NCBI RefSeq assembly: GCF_000315625.1
Contig: NW_005434620.1
Span: 360,104-424,103 of the forward strand
DNA: 64,000 bases
DNA from: Guillardia theta CCMP2712
Taxonomy: Eukaryota; Protista; Cryptophyta
Direction: 5' to 3'
Translations under genes and position numbers: made by a program
Shown here: one piece after another, positions 51,069 through 61,505 of the stretch
How positions within the stretch are numbered: position 1 is the stretch's first letter
Layout of the letters: each line of letters begins with the position of its first letter
Notes under the pieces: model-generated
What the model saw: the letters and a program-made list of their open reading frames with translations, nothing else
Told to the model about the DNA's origin: nothing
Database searches by the model: none

Positions 51069-54000
51069 ATGGATTTTGAGAATGAGAAGTGTGAGAAGGT
51101 AGTTCGACAATTAGTGCTGCAATTCTTTGTGATAATATCAAAGAAATGTAGCAACTCTGTTTGCTTCAGAAAATCCGACGATGGTGCGAAATTGCGATGC
51201 TTACAACTCGGTCTCGCTGTTGTGTCATCGGTGAATGTAAAGCTATCCAGATTCGAATTTGATGAAATGGTCTTGAGAGGAGTCCTTTCAAAATATCTCA
51301 AATCGTTGCTTGATTCTCACCTGGAATTCATCTTTGCCTCTTGGCGCTCGTGGTTCATTCAGAGAAAATCGTTTGAGCAACGTTGTATCCACGCCACAAA
51401 TCAATCAAAGCATCGGTTGAAAAGAAAGTACATTTCTGGATGGCAAGAAGGAATCAAGAATCACGAATTATTATTGCTGCAGGAAAACTACAGCTCCATT
51501 ATATCGAATTTAAGGGAGTTCGATAGTATGATACATGATGCTGAGACCAGTCTTCAACAAGTTCAAATGAATGTTGTTGCCCTTCAAAATATGTTAGTTC
51601 ACAAGCAAAATGCAAACTTTCTAACAATATTCCTGGCGGTGATTCAACGTATTTTCCTCGAATTTCGGTCGGAATTGTTTTCTGTCAAGCTGCACTACAC
51701 GAGTTGGGTTCTTGTTCATACAAACAACAGGGTTGCTAGGGCAAACTCATCCATCTCCACAAACCTCTGGAGGAAACGGCTCAAGAAGACAGCAATAGCA
51801 CGGTGGAGTAGCTACTCTCGAAGTAAACAGAGCAAAATAGCGGCAACAGAGAATTACAACAAGAGAAAATTACAAATCATCCTTTTTCATTGGAAACAAA
51901 GATGTTCAGATTCGAAAGATAACAGAGATCAGAAATTACGAGTCAAGAACAAGGTTACAAAGCAAAGACACTTGCAAACGATACGTCAATGGTGGGTCCT
52001 CGTAAATCATAGGAATCATGCGAAAAGGATCGGGAAAGTCGTGGCGGTACGGCGGAGGAGGGATCAAGGGTATGCAGCGCTTGCTGCGTGGGCGGCGGGC
52101 ACGAGGGAGCGGCGGCAGGGCGAGCGGGCAGCCGCGAGGGCGAGACAGAAGGGAGAGGCAGGCCTGCAGAGGAGGGCGCTAGAGGGCTGGTACGAGGCAG
52201 CAAGCGCAACAGATGGGGACCGGCTAGTCCAGACAGGGAGGAGGCGACGGAGGCTGAGGACTCTGCGGGAGGGGCTGGGAAGATGGGCGAGGGCGGCGGG
52301 AGACGGGCAGAGGACACGAGCGGTCTTGGCACGAGCCGGGAGGCAGCGGGGACGTCGGGAGGTATGGGAGGTACTCAGAGGCTGGAGAGGCTTGGCGAGA
52401 CACGGGAAGCAGGTAGGAAGGATAGGAGGAGTCGTGGCGGTACGGCGGAGGAGGGATCAAGGGTATGCAGCGCTTGCGGCGTGGGCGGCAGGCACGAGGG
52501 AGCGGCGGCAGGGCGAGCGGGCAGCCGCGAGGGCGAGACAGAAGGGAGAGGCAGGCCTGCAGAGGAGGGCGCTAGAGGGCTGGTACGAGGCAGCAAGCGC
52601 AACAGATGGGGACCGGCTAGTCCAGACAGGGAGGAGGCGACGGAGGCTGAGGACTCTGCGGGAGGGGCTGGGAAGATGGGCGAGGGCGGCAGGAGACGGG
52701 CAGAGGACACGAGCGGTCTTGGCACGAGCCGGGAGGCAGCGGGGACGTCGGGAGGTATGGGAGGTACTCAGAGGCTGGAGAGGCTTGGCGAGACACGGGA
52801 AGCAGGTAGGAAGGATAGGAGGAGTCGTGGCGGTACGGCGGAGGAGGGATCAAGGGTATGCAGCGCTTGCGGCGTGGGCGGCGGGCACGAGGGAGCGGCG
52901 GCAGGGCGAGCGGGCAGCCGCGAGGGCGAGACAGAAGGGAGAGGCAGGCCTGCAGAGGAGGGCGCTAGAGGGCTGGTACGAGGCAGCAAGCGCAACAGAT
53001 GGGGACCGGCTAGTCCAGACAGGGAGGAGGCGACGGAGGCTGAGGACTCTGCGGGAGGGGCTGGGAAGATGGGCGAGGGCGGCAGGAGACGGGCAGAGGA
53101 CACGAGCGGTCTTGGCACGAGCCGGGAGGCAGCGGGGACGTCGGGAGGTATGGGAGGTACTCAGAGGCTGGAGAGGCTTGGCGAGACACGGGAAGCAGGT
53201 AGGAAGGATAGGAGGAGTCGTGGCGGTACGGCGGAGGAGGGATCAAGGGTATGCAGCGCTTGCGGCGTGGGCGGCGGGCACGAGGGAGCGGCGGCAGGGC
53301 GAGCGGGCAGCCGCGAGGGCGAGACAGAAGGGAGAGGCAGGCCTGCAGAGGAGGGCGCTAGAGGGCTGGTACGAGGCAGCAAGCGCAACAGATGGGGACC
53401 GGCTAGTCCAGACAGGGAGGAGGCGACGGAGGCTGAGGACTCTGCGGGAGGGGCTGGGAAGATGGGCGAGGGCGGCAGGATACGGGCAGAGGACACGAGC
53501 GGTCTTGGCACGAGCCGGGAGGCAGCGGGGACGTCGGGAGGTATGGGAGGTACTCAGAGGCTGGAGAGGCTTGGCGAGACACGGGAAGCAGGTAGGAAGG
53601 ATAGGAGGAGTCGTGGCGGTACGGCGGAGGAGGGATCAAGGGTATGCAGCGCTTGCGGCGTGGGCGGCAGGCACGAGGGAGCGGCGGCAGGGCGAGCGGG
53701 CAGCCGCTGGGGCAATCAGGATTTGCAATCTTGGATTTCAGCTGCTTATTCGTGATTTGGTGTTGTTTTCGTTTTCTGGCTTCAGGGAGATGTGCTCTTT
53801 TGTCTCATCTCCTATGCTTCTTTGTCTTGTGTTTCTATATTTGTGGTCTGGAAGGGGGAGGTTGCGTCGCCAAGTTCAATGCATGAAAGCTCATCACACG
53901 GTTCGCAACATTAAGTTGGTTTTCAGGAGTTGGTGCACCTACTCGACCAGGAATGCTGATTCAAAGGCCGTGGTTTTCCAGATCAGCCAACGGCAAAGGT

Positions 54001-54425
54001 TTTTGCTCTATCGCAAGTGCTTTATGTTCTGGCGCAGACAATTGTACTTGAACGTTCGTGCTTTGTACGTTCTTGCTGAGGCGCTCAAAATGAATGACAA
54101 TGCAGCGGGGGCCATGCATGTTCTCAACCACATCACGTGGTTCCAGGTGCATGAAGGATCATGTCGTGAGTACATCCGCCTTTGCATGAAGGCGCGGGGG
54201 CATATATCAGAGCATCTGCAAGAGACCTGCTTGCTCCGAGACTCAGAGGCCTTAGACAGTGCTACGAGCCCCCTCAAGGCGGGGATAGACAGCCCTGTTG
54301 TCTCTGCCCGTCTTCTGCAACTAGTTCTCGACGCTAATCGCAACAGCGCATCAAGAGGAGTTAGTCAACAATCAATGTCGACTAGTGTCAAGTTAAATTT
54401 CAGCCTTGAAGAAGAGATGGCCTAG
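51069..54425 (+). CDS. Sfi1-like centrin-binding repeat protein (ORF probably includes read-through introns; true ends uncertain)
   Basis: Basic helical protein with regularly spaced L/F..W motifs (FASWR, IARWS, LFHWK, IRQWW, LAAWA, LEGWY, LGRWA, LRGWR, FRSWC, FMFWR) at roughly 33-residue intervals. Confidence 0.65.
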   Translation: MDFENEKCEKVVRQLVLQFFVIISKKCSNSVCFRKSDDGAKLRCLQLGLAVVSSVNVKLSRFEFDEMVLRGVLSKYLKSLLDSHLEFIFASWRSWFIQRKSFEQRCIHATNQSKHRLKRKYISGWQEGIKNHELLLLQENYSSIISNLREFDSMIHDAETSLQQVQMNVVALQNMLVHKQNANFLTIFLAVIQRIFLEFRSELFSVKLHYTSWVLVHTNNRVARANSSISTNLWRKRLKKTAIARWSSYSRSKQSKIAATENYNKRKLQIILFHWKQRCSDSKDNRDQKLRVKNKVTKQRHLQTIRQWWVLVNHRNHAKRIGKVVAVRRRRDQGYAALAAWAAGTRERRQGERAAARARQKGEAGLQRRALEGWYEAASATDGDRLVQTGRRRRRLRTLREGLGRWARAAGDGQRTRAVLARAGRQRGRREVWEVLRGWRGLARHGKQVGRIGGVVAVRRRRDQGYAALAAWAAGTRERRQGERAAARARQKGEAGLQRRALEGWYEAASATDGDRLVQTGRRRRRLRTLREGLGRWARAAGDGQRTRAVLARAGRQRGRREVWEVLRGWRGLARHGKQVGRIGGVVAVRRRRDQGYAALAAWAAGTRERRQGERAAARARQKGEAGLQRRALEGWYEAASATDGDRLVQTGRRRRRLRTLREGLGRWARAAGDGQRTRAVLARAGRQRGRREVWEVLRGWRGLARHGKQVGRIGGVVAVRRRRDQGYAALAAWAAGTRERRQGERAAARARQKGEAGLQRRALEGWYEAASATDGDRLVQTGRRRRRLRTLREGLGRWARAAGYGQRTRAVLARAGRQRGRREVWEVLRGWRGLARHGKQVGRIGGVVAVRRRRDQGYAALAAWAAGTRERRQGERAAAGAIRICNLGFQLLIRDLVLFSFSGFREMCSFVSSPMLLCLVFLYLWSGRGRLRRQVQCMKAHHTVRNIKLVFRSWCTYSTRNADSKAVVFQISQRQRFLLYRKCFMFWRRQLYLNVRALYVLAEALKMNDNAAGAMHVLNHITWFQVHEGSCREYIRLCMKARGHISEHLQETCLLRDSEALDSATSPLKAGIDSPVVSARLLQLVLDANRNSASRGVSQQSMSTSVKLNFSLEEEMA
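52038..53707 (+). repeat. 393-bp (131-codon) near-perfect coding tandem repeat, ~4.25 copies
   Basis: gtcgtggcggtacggcggagg starts at 52038, 52431, 52824, 53217 and 53610, with only a few substitutions between copies. Confidence 0.95.
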
Positions 54426-54943
54426 AATTCCAAACCTGTCAGCAAACAACATTTCCATCTTTTTATTTTGCCAGTTACTGCAACGTGTCAGGATACCGGA
54501 GAAAGTTGACCTTCACAATCGTCCTTGAAACGCAATACGTCAGACAACAGAATCACCATGAGACCTCCACAGGCTTACATATTCATCTGGAGATGAAAGG
54601 ACTTGTGGGATCAGAACGTTCAATTTGTTCGTCTTCCGTTCGAGGGTCGACTGTTCCTCTGAGGACCAATCATCACGAACTCGGGATCGAATTGAAAGAG
54701 AAGAAGTTGATCTGCGTGACGAGTCTTTCATCTCCGGGCTTCTACTGTGTCTGAATTCAGAAAGTGGGTCATTACAAGATGCTTTGGCAGCTGTCAAGTC
54801 AAACCCACCTGTACAGCTCACTCGCACGAAGGGCTTGAAAGTGAGATTCTCCGTCATAGCCTTGCATCGAATTTGTATCTACCTGTTGATTAGCAACAGA
54901 GTTGTTGATCTTTCCCAAGTGTCAGTCATCGTAGCAGACATAG

Positions 54944-55798
54944 CTATGCTACTCTGACCTGTCTCAAGAAATGATCTGTGCTCTCCGACCTCCGTTCCTT
55001 TCTGGACGGTGATGTCTCTAAGAAGAGCTTGGGGTTTCCAGTAGAATACATGCGGTAGTTCGAGAAACTAGGAGGAAAGCTTTCGAGCTCATTCCTCAGT
55101 TCTTGCTTTGTTTGTCTGTAAAAGCGATCCGCAACAGGAGGACTTGTCAACGATTTTTTTCCTGGACTTGTGTCATGGCGCCTTTGAAGATAAGACGACA
55201 CGTTACGGCCAGTCCAATAATCCCCAGGGGTGATGGTCAGGAAATCATCCAGGAGCAGCGAGGTGTCAAGAAATTCAGGCGTCGTGCAGCTCGAGACTGA
55301 GAGCTTGGGAGACGATGCAGGGGGTCGAGAAGCAGGCGCGCTCCGGACTGGTCGGGGAGAAACGAGGTTGTCCAGAGGTTGGTTCTGCAACGCAGGCGCC
55401 TTTTCCTGGGAATCTTGAGCCTCGAGATGTTCATGCTCTGAGACAACTCTCGGCTTCAGACCTGCGATGTTGTTCTTCCTCGGCGACTGCTTCGATGCGA
55501 CTTCATAGCGCCGTGCGCCGGCCCAACCCCTCTTAGCGATCCTGTTATGGTGGAGGATCGTCTTGATCAGACGGAAGTCGACCCCGGACCTGACGGAGGA
55601 TGTGCTTGAAGAGCCGGTTTCGTTGAGAACATGCTGCTCCGCTCTCTCTGCCTGTTCTGCAGACGCATCGTGATGCTTCCGAGGGGAAAGCTGCCGCACG
55701 ACAAGGGGCGATCCGACTGCTGGATAGCTCGACCTTGCCATCTTCACAGAATCATGTTCGTTTTGCTCTGCAAAGGATTCCAATCTGTTTGCTCCCAC
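54944..55798 (-). CDS. Hypothetical low-complexity (S/P/R-rich) protein exon
   Basis: 284-codon ORF in non-repetitive sequence. No domain recognised; start and end uncertain. Confidence 0.5.
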   Translation of the reverse strand: MGANRLESFAEQNEHDSVKMARSSYPAVGSPLVVRQLSPRKHHDASAEQAERAEQHVLNETGSSSTSSVRSGVDFRLIKTILHHNRIAKRGWAGARRYEVASKQSPRKNNIAGLKPRVVSEHEHLEAQDSQEKAPALQNQPLDNLVSPRPVRSAPASRPPASSPKLSVSSCTTPEFLDTSLLLDDFLTITPGDYWTGRNVSSYLQRRHDTSPGKKSLTSPPVADRFYRQTKQELRNELESFPPSFSNYRMYSTGNPKLFLETSPSRKERRSESTDHFLRQVRVA

Positions 55799-56552
55799 TT
55801 CAGCCTGGCAGCAGTCTTTCCGTCACTGTATTTCTTGCAAGCTCTGCGTCGCAGGCCGTACTCCTCGGTGTGACTTTCTTCTCGACGAATCCTCCTTCCG
55901 TTCCTTGATCGTCGATACTGTCTTCCTCTTTTGTGCCTGTTTGCACTTCTTCTATTCTCTTTACTTTGTGGGCCAACACCTATTACGCTAACTCCTTCGT
56001 ATGCTTGCCTTCCTAAACTTGACAAAACTGTAGGTTGCTCTCCTTCATCGTCTCGCCTTCGATCTACTCGTCTGCGCTTGTTGCTATCTATCCTCCCTCT
56101 CCTTCCAACGGCTCCTCCCCACTTCCTACCTCTCCTCTCCTCTCCTCTACCTATCTCGTCACCGCTTCGACTGCCCTGCCGGCTTCTCAGCGCCTGCCAT
56201 TGCCACCACCCCTACCCTGCAGAGTACATAGTCGTGTTCCTAGAGATAGGGGTAGGGGGTGGGAAAATGTACCGGTCAATCTACAGAGCCACAGTGGACG
56301 CTTCTTGTAAAGAAGGGGGTGGGTTGTAGTAAAGAAGGGGGTAGGGGTCCTGCAGAGTGGGGATGAGACCAACAAAACCAAAAATGAGAGGCGGGCCAAC
56401 CCCTGGGCCAACCCCCAAGTTGATTGAGGGGGGATGAGGGTAAAAAAAGTAGAAGGTTTGGTGGGAGGGGGATGAGCGGGGATGCGGGACCGGCCAATGG
56501 AAGGTGCCCAGTCATGGCGTAAGGGGAGGTAGCAGGAGGAGGCAGGACCTGC

Positions 56553-58349
56553 ATGCCAGTCTCTCCTCCCCGTCTGGTCATGAGCATAGTCCTCAGAGCT
56601 CTCGTCTCTCCGACGCCCTCCCGCCCTCCTCGGTCTCCCCGGTTGTTGAAGCCTAGCTCCATTGCCCTCATGACAATCGTGGCCCTGGTCCTCTTGGAGT
56701 CATGTCAGCCGAAGTTTGCGCCCCGGTGGACTGCTGCTGGACCATCCAAGAGCAACATGAAAGAACCTTCTGCGCCTGTTGACCAGGCGCCAGGAACAAG
56801 TGACGGGGTCTGCCATGATAGGCAATGTGAGGAGCTCAAGGCTGCGGAAACAACTCCGGAGGACTCTCCGTTCCCGCCTCCATATTCAACGACCCTATCG
56901 ATACCTGTGCGTGCAGAAGATCAGACGTCCTCAGATGCTGTCCCAGATCATCGGACGAGCTCGCTGCATGTTCCGCCAGGAACGGTCTTCTATCATGGGG
57001 TGACGGTGGGAATGACGGTTGTGGCAAGGGACAAGTACTCGAAAGTTGTCGCGGTGAAGGGCGCTCCGCCGTTCCTGATAAACGTCACTGACGTCGGGGA
57101 TACCAATACAGGGTCGTTCTTTGACCTGAGGAATGGAACATACTTCATCTATACCACGATATATTTCTCTCCTGCCCTCCTGAAGGCAAAAGCCCCCGAG
57201 GTGTGGGTGAGGTTGGGAGGGAAGCACATTCAGGGGAGCCCGTACAGGATGACTATCGACATGACCAAGATTGCTCGAAACTATCAGGAGCGGGTGGCGC
57301 TGGCGGAGAAAGTTGGAAGGTCCCATGACCTTGGAGGCCCCAATGGTTGCGACAGCGACTTTGTGATTGTGACTGGAGCGAGCACAAGCATGTTCGACAG
57401 GGCTGTCAACCTTGTGGGGTCGATACACCATTGGGCACCAGCCGTGCCTGTCGTGTTCTATGACTTAGGCCTGTCGACGGCACAGGTGGAAGATGTGCGG
57501 ACGTGGGAGAACGTGGACTACAGGAAGTTTGCGTTCAACGAGCATGCAGCGCACATGCGAGTCGATGAGAAGTTAACGCAGAACGGGACCAAGGGGGCGT
57601 ACTCGTGGCGAGCTCCGATCCTTGTCGAGGTCTTGGAGCAGCACCAGTGCATGCTCTGGCTGGATGCCGGCCTGGAGATCAGATCTGACCTCTCAGTCGT
57701 CATTGGGCATATCGCCGTGGACGGGAATTTCTTCGTGACCAACGGTTGGCCGAGTCCGAACCGCTTCACGCATCCGGCGGTGGTTGAGTGGCACGGGCTG
57801 AAGGAGAAGGACTTCTTCCTGCCCGACCCCACAGGCACTGGCATGAGAAACGAGATCGAGGCGTGCGGGGGAATCCAAGGCTATCGGCGAGGGAGCCTTG
57901 CGCACAGGGAGGTTCTGTCAGGATATTACATATGCCTCATGGATCCGACCTGCATCGCGCCTCCGAACGCGTCAAAGATGAATTTCCGCCAAGACCAGAC
58001 TGTCTTGAACGTCGTGCTGGCATCTTACAGGCTGAAGATCCCGCTGGATTCTCCCGAGTACTTCATCCTTCTTCCGCACACAGCAAGGAAGTATTGGGAG
58101 CACCCTATTCCGAAGCATCAGTTTCCTGTTCACGAGGACGGGACTTTCCGCCCTTGTGACAAGGGAGAGATCTTCAAAGACAACAAGTGTGTGAGGTGTG
58201 AGGCTCAGGACGGCATGTGCGAGGATGATGTCTTGGATGAAGCAGATGGAGCAGAATACTGCGAGGATCTCGTCATCTTCATCAGGAGAGCGTTCGAGCC
58301 GAAGCTGTTTGAGGACAAGTTGCGGTACAGACTGATAGGAGGCATATAA
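56553..58349 (+). CDS. Type-II membrane protein: filamin-like Ig repeat + DUF1647-like (GT-A glycosyltransferase-like) domain
   Basis: Intronless 598 aa. TM IALMTIVALVLL; filamin-like DLRNGTYFI...GGKHIQGSPY; FVIVTGAS...VVFYDLGL...YSWRAPIL..VL....MLWLDAG...NFRQDQTVLNV resembles DUF1647. Confidence 0.75.
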   Translation: MPVSPPRLVMSIVLRALVSPTPSRPPRSPRLLKPSSIALMTIVALVLLESCQPKFAPRWTAAGPSKSNMKEPSAPVDQAPGTSDGVCHDRQCEELKAAETTPEDSPFPPPYSTTLSIPVRAEDQTSSDAVPDHRTSSLHVPPGTVFYHGVTVGMTVVARDKYSKVVAVKGAPPFLINVTDVGDTNTGSFFDLRNGTYFIYTTIYFSPALLKAKAPEVWVRLGGKHIQGSPYRMTIDMTKIARNYQERVALAEKVGRSHDLGGPNGCDSDFVIVTGASTSMFDRAVNLVGSIHHWAPAVPVVFYDLGLSTAQVEDVRTWENVDYRKFAFNEHAAHMRVDEKLTQNGTKGAYSWRAPILVEVLEQHQCMLWLDAGLEIRSDLSVVIGHIAVDGNFFVTNGWPSPNRFTHPAVVEWHGLKEKDFFLPDPTGTGMRNEIEACGGIQGYRRGSLAHREVLSGYYICLMDPTCIAPPNASKMNFRQDQTVLNVVLASYRLKIPLDSPEYFILLPHTARKYWEHPIPKHQFPVHEDGTFRPCDKGEIFKDNKCVRCEAQDGMCEDDVLDEADGAEYCEDLVIFIRRAFEPKLFEDKLRYRLIGGI

Positions 58350-58853
58350 TACAAAATCATGATCGAAACTGAGCAGTGAAGGAGGGTAGATGACTGGAAG
58401 AGATGGATGGGATAGAAAGGCCGACAAACTAGAGAGGAGAGGTAGAGAAGCGAGACAGAGTCTGAGAAGGAGGAGCAAGGATGGAGAAAGAGCTGGGTGG
58501 GCGAGGAGGAGGGACAAGGAACGAGCGACGAGGGACAGGGAAGACAAAGTTTGTTGCCTCTGAACTTTCATGGGGCAACGAGAAGGAACTTCAGGAAGCG
58601 TCCGCTCGGCAGCGCACTCAGATCTTGGAGAAAGAAGGGGTACCCTCAAACAATATTAGGGTGATGGTAGACAGGGGTACTGCAAAAGGGGGTAATGGTG
58701 GAAATTTTCGAGTAAGTACCGGTGATATAAAAGTTATTGACTAGGGTACGATTGGATTTCTGCCTCAAATTGTATCGAGAAATGAAAATTTGAGGTAGGG
58801 GTTGTCCAGGCACCCCTGGGCGGGGGGGGTCTTGGAAACGGTGGGGATCCACA

Positions 58854-60672
58854 ATGGTGCGATGGTCAGCGATGCTGCTTGTCACGATGCTGGCGGACGT
58901 GATGAGAGGATGGGGAGGAGGGACAGGGATCATGGAGAGAGGACAAGACATGCTGGTTGGAGCAGGAGCACCTGCTCCTGCTCCTGCTCCTGCTCCGTTC
59001 TTGGACTTGTTGAAAAAGAACGACGAGTGGGCTACCATTCGCGCCTCCATGACCAACTTGGAGCAGGAGTCTTCGCTCTCCATGGTTGAACTCCTCAGTT
59101 TTCTTCGCAACGGCACCAATGGAACAAGATCTAAGGAGCTGGTCAAGGACTTCTTCGATCCTAAAGGAAAGTTTGTGCGATCTTGCCGTACAGAGATCGA
59201 GCAACGCCGGACTCTTGTCTTGAAGCATCCCTCCATGCTTTCATGGTGGTTGCCATCTGTTGCTCTTGTTTTCATTGTTCAGCTCGAAGAACAATTCATC
59301 GTGTACTGCGACAGAAAGGAGAGCAATAAGGATTCTGCCTTCAAGTTCCCACATGTGTACGCCAGTGCCGCTCAGATCAGCAACCATGCTTTTGTCCATG
59401 AATCCTTCCGGTCCTGGTTTGGAGTCCTGCCAGAAAAGCTTGTCCTCCTCAACCCGCCTGAAGACCCACACCTGCTCTCCTCCAGCAGACTTTTTTATGT
59501 GAAACTGCCACGTCCAGTACTGGGGAGCGAAGTGATTGGGGTCGTAGCCAGCCGATCAAACCATCTGTATGTCTTTCAAGCTGACATCCCAACGTTGGCA
59601 GGACTGAGCATGCCATCTCTGCATGAGAAGGCTCGAGAGCTGATGCTGATGAGGAAGGGGATGCTGAACATGCGAGGAGTGAAACCTCCTGCTGGGTTCG
59701 ACGTTGACCCGAAGAGGATCGCTGAGTTTGTGCAGAACCGCTCTGAGCACAAGGCCCCTGTACGTGTCAGTCTTGGGGATGTAGCGCATCGAGGAGGAGA
59801 GACGAGGAGACAGAGGCATGAACGATCGCTGATCGACTGGTTTGCAGACCAACTGCCAACGTGCTATAACCTGGTGAAGGGACTCAGGAAGGGGAGGTGC
59901 TTTGCGATCACGCTGGAGAGGGAAATGAAGCAAGCGAGCGGGAGGCAAGGGCACAACAGCATGTGGCAGAGCGTGTTCTCTACTTTCATGAACGCCCTCC
60001 TTCCCTCGAATACAAGGATGAAGTTCGTTGGGATCGTCGCACGTGCGGCCAACGGTTCTCAGGTTTTCTTCATTCCTTCCAACATGTCGAAAGTGTCCGC
60101 ATCGCGTATCCTCACTTACGTGCCCGAGCAAAGTGAAGAAACAGCAGGAACAATGCCAAAGAGGAAGATCCTAACGGTCTCTACCATCTATGCAAAGATG
60201 GGGTACAAGCTGTCGTACCCGAACTTGCCATGTGTGGTGGTAGAATCCTCGAACAAGACAGACAAAAGGTGGCAATTCGATTTCTATCCGATGGAGTGTT
60301 GCAAGATTGTGCTGGAAGAGGAAGGTTCCGAGAGATTCAAAGGCGGGAGGGAGTGGATCAGGCAATCGGATGCTGATTACTTCAGCATCACAAAATTGCA
60401 TCGAGACTTCTTGAGGAATGGCGATGAGAAGATTTTCGAAATCTTGCAACCTCCTGGGGAGATTTTTGCACCCGCCAGAGGGCCCTGGGTTCCTTGCGAC
60501 GAGAACGAGAAGCCTTGGGAGGGAAATTGGACGAATTTGGAGGACGGGGAAGAAGGCGATGCAAACATGAAGAAATTTGTAGGTCCCGAGCGCATTGTAC
60601 AGATAAGAAGCCACAAGGATTTGGAAGCAATATGGAGAGCTCAAGAGAAGGCAAAGAAGGAGGGGGGCGAGG

Positions 60673-60708
<36 letters not shown>

Positions 60709-61505
60709 TCGAGGACGAGGTCGAGGTCGAGGTCGAAGACGAGGAAAAGGAGGAGGAACAGGATGAAGAGGAGAAGGAACAGGAGGAGGGAAAGGAGGGA
60801 GATTTGAGGTGGGATGCGATGGAAGCACAGGGGGAAGGAGGAGGAGAGAAGGATGCAGACAAGTCAGCGTCTGCAGCAGGGGCCGATGAAAGCTCTGTCG
60901 AGATCAGCCTGTCGGAGTCAGAAGAAGGGAAGGAGCACGGAGGGATGGCAAAGATGCTGTCCGAGTACAAGAGTAAGCTGACGGTGCTGACGGCAAGGAT
61001 GGGCCCTCTGCTCATGTCGCAGATCAACCAGGGATGGAATCTGATGTACAAGGAGGACAGTCCCAAGAGCGAGCAGCTGGGGTTTCCCAGGCTGCGAGAT
61101 CTGCTGTTGGCGCTTCCTGACTGCGTGAGACTGGAATGGGATCGAGAGGCCAACGACTACGTCGTGTTCTTACGACATCCCAAGGACAAGGCTGAAAGCA
61201 TAATCAAACTAAAGGAGCAGGGAGATGCCTCGAACGAGGAGAGCGACGGAGGAGTAGGAGCAGGAAGGTTGTTACGCCCGTCACGGCAGGATGGGGATGT
61301 CATGTCATTGTCGCCTGAAGTGACGGAAGATGATGGGGAACGGGAGAGAAAGAACAACCAGGTGTTTCAGAAGCTGGGCAAGATGGAAGATGATTTGAAA
61401 TGCTTGCTGGATGAAATCGACAACAAGCAGGAGGAGGAGGAGTGGGGAGGGACAAGATTGAGAGCAAGAGTGGTGAGGACAGGGAGGAAAGAGCTGTTGA
61501 TGTGA
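58854..61505 (+). CDS. Intronless PAZ-like + acidic tract + LOTUS/OST-HTH domain protein with hydrophobic N-terminus
   Basis: LTVSTIYAKMGYKLSYPNLPCVVV...FYPMECCKIV (60168-60311) matches the Argonaute PAZ C-terminal signature. GPLLMSQINQGWNLMYKEDSPKSEQLGFPRLRDLLLALPDCVRL (~61000-61135) matches the LOTUS consensus. Confidence 0.75.

Noticed and set aside
52088-53755. 555-aa alternative-frame ORF and repeated antisense ORFs
   Set aside because: By-products of a stop-poor GC/purine-rich tandem repeat; the Trp-periodic frame is continuous with the flanking coding sequence.
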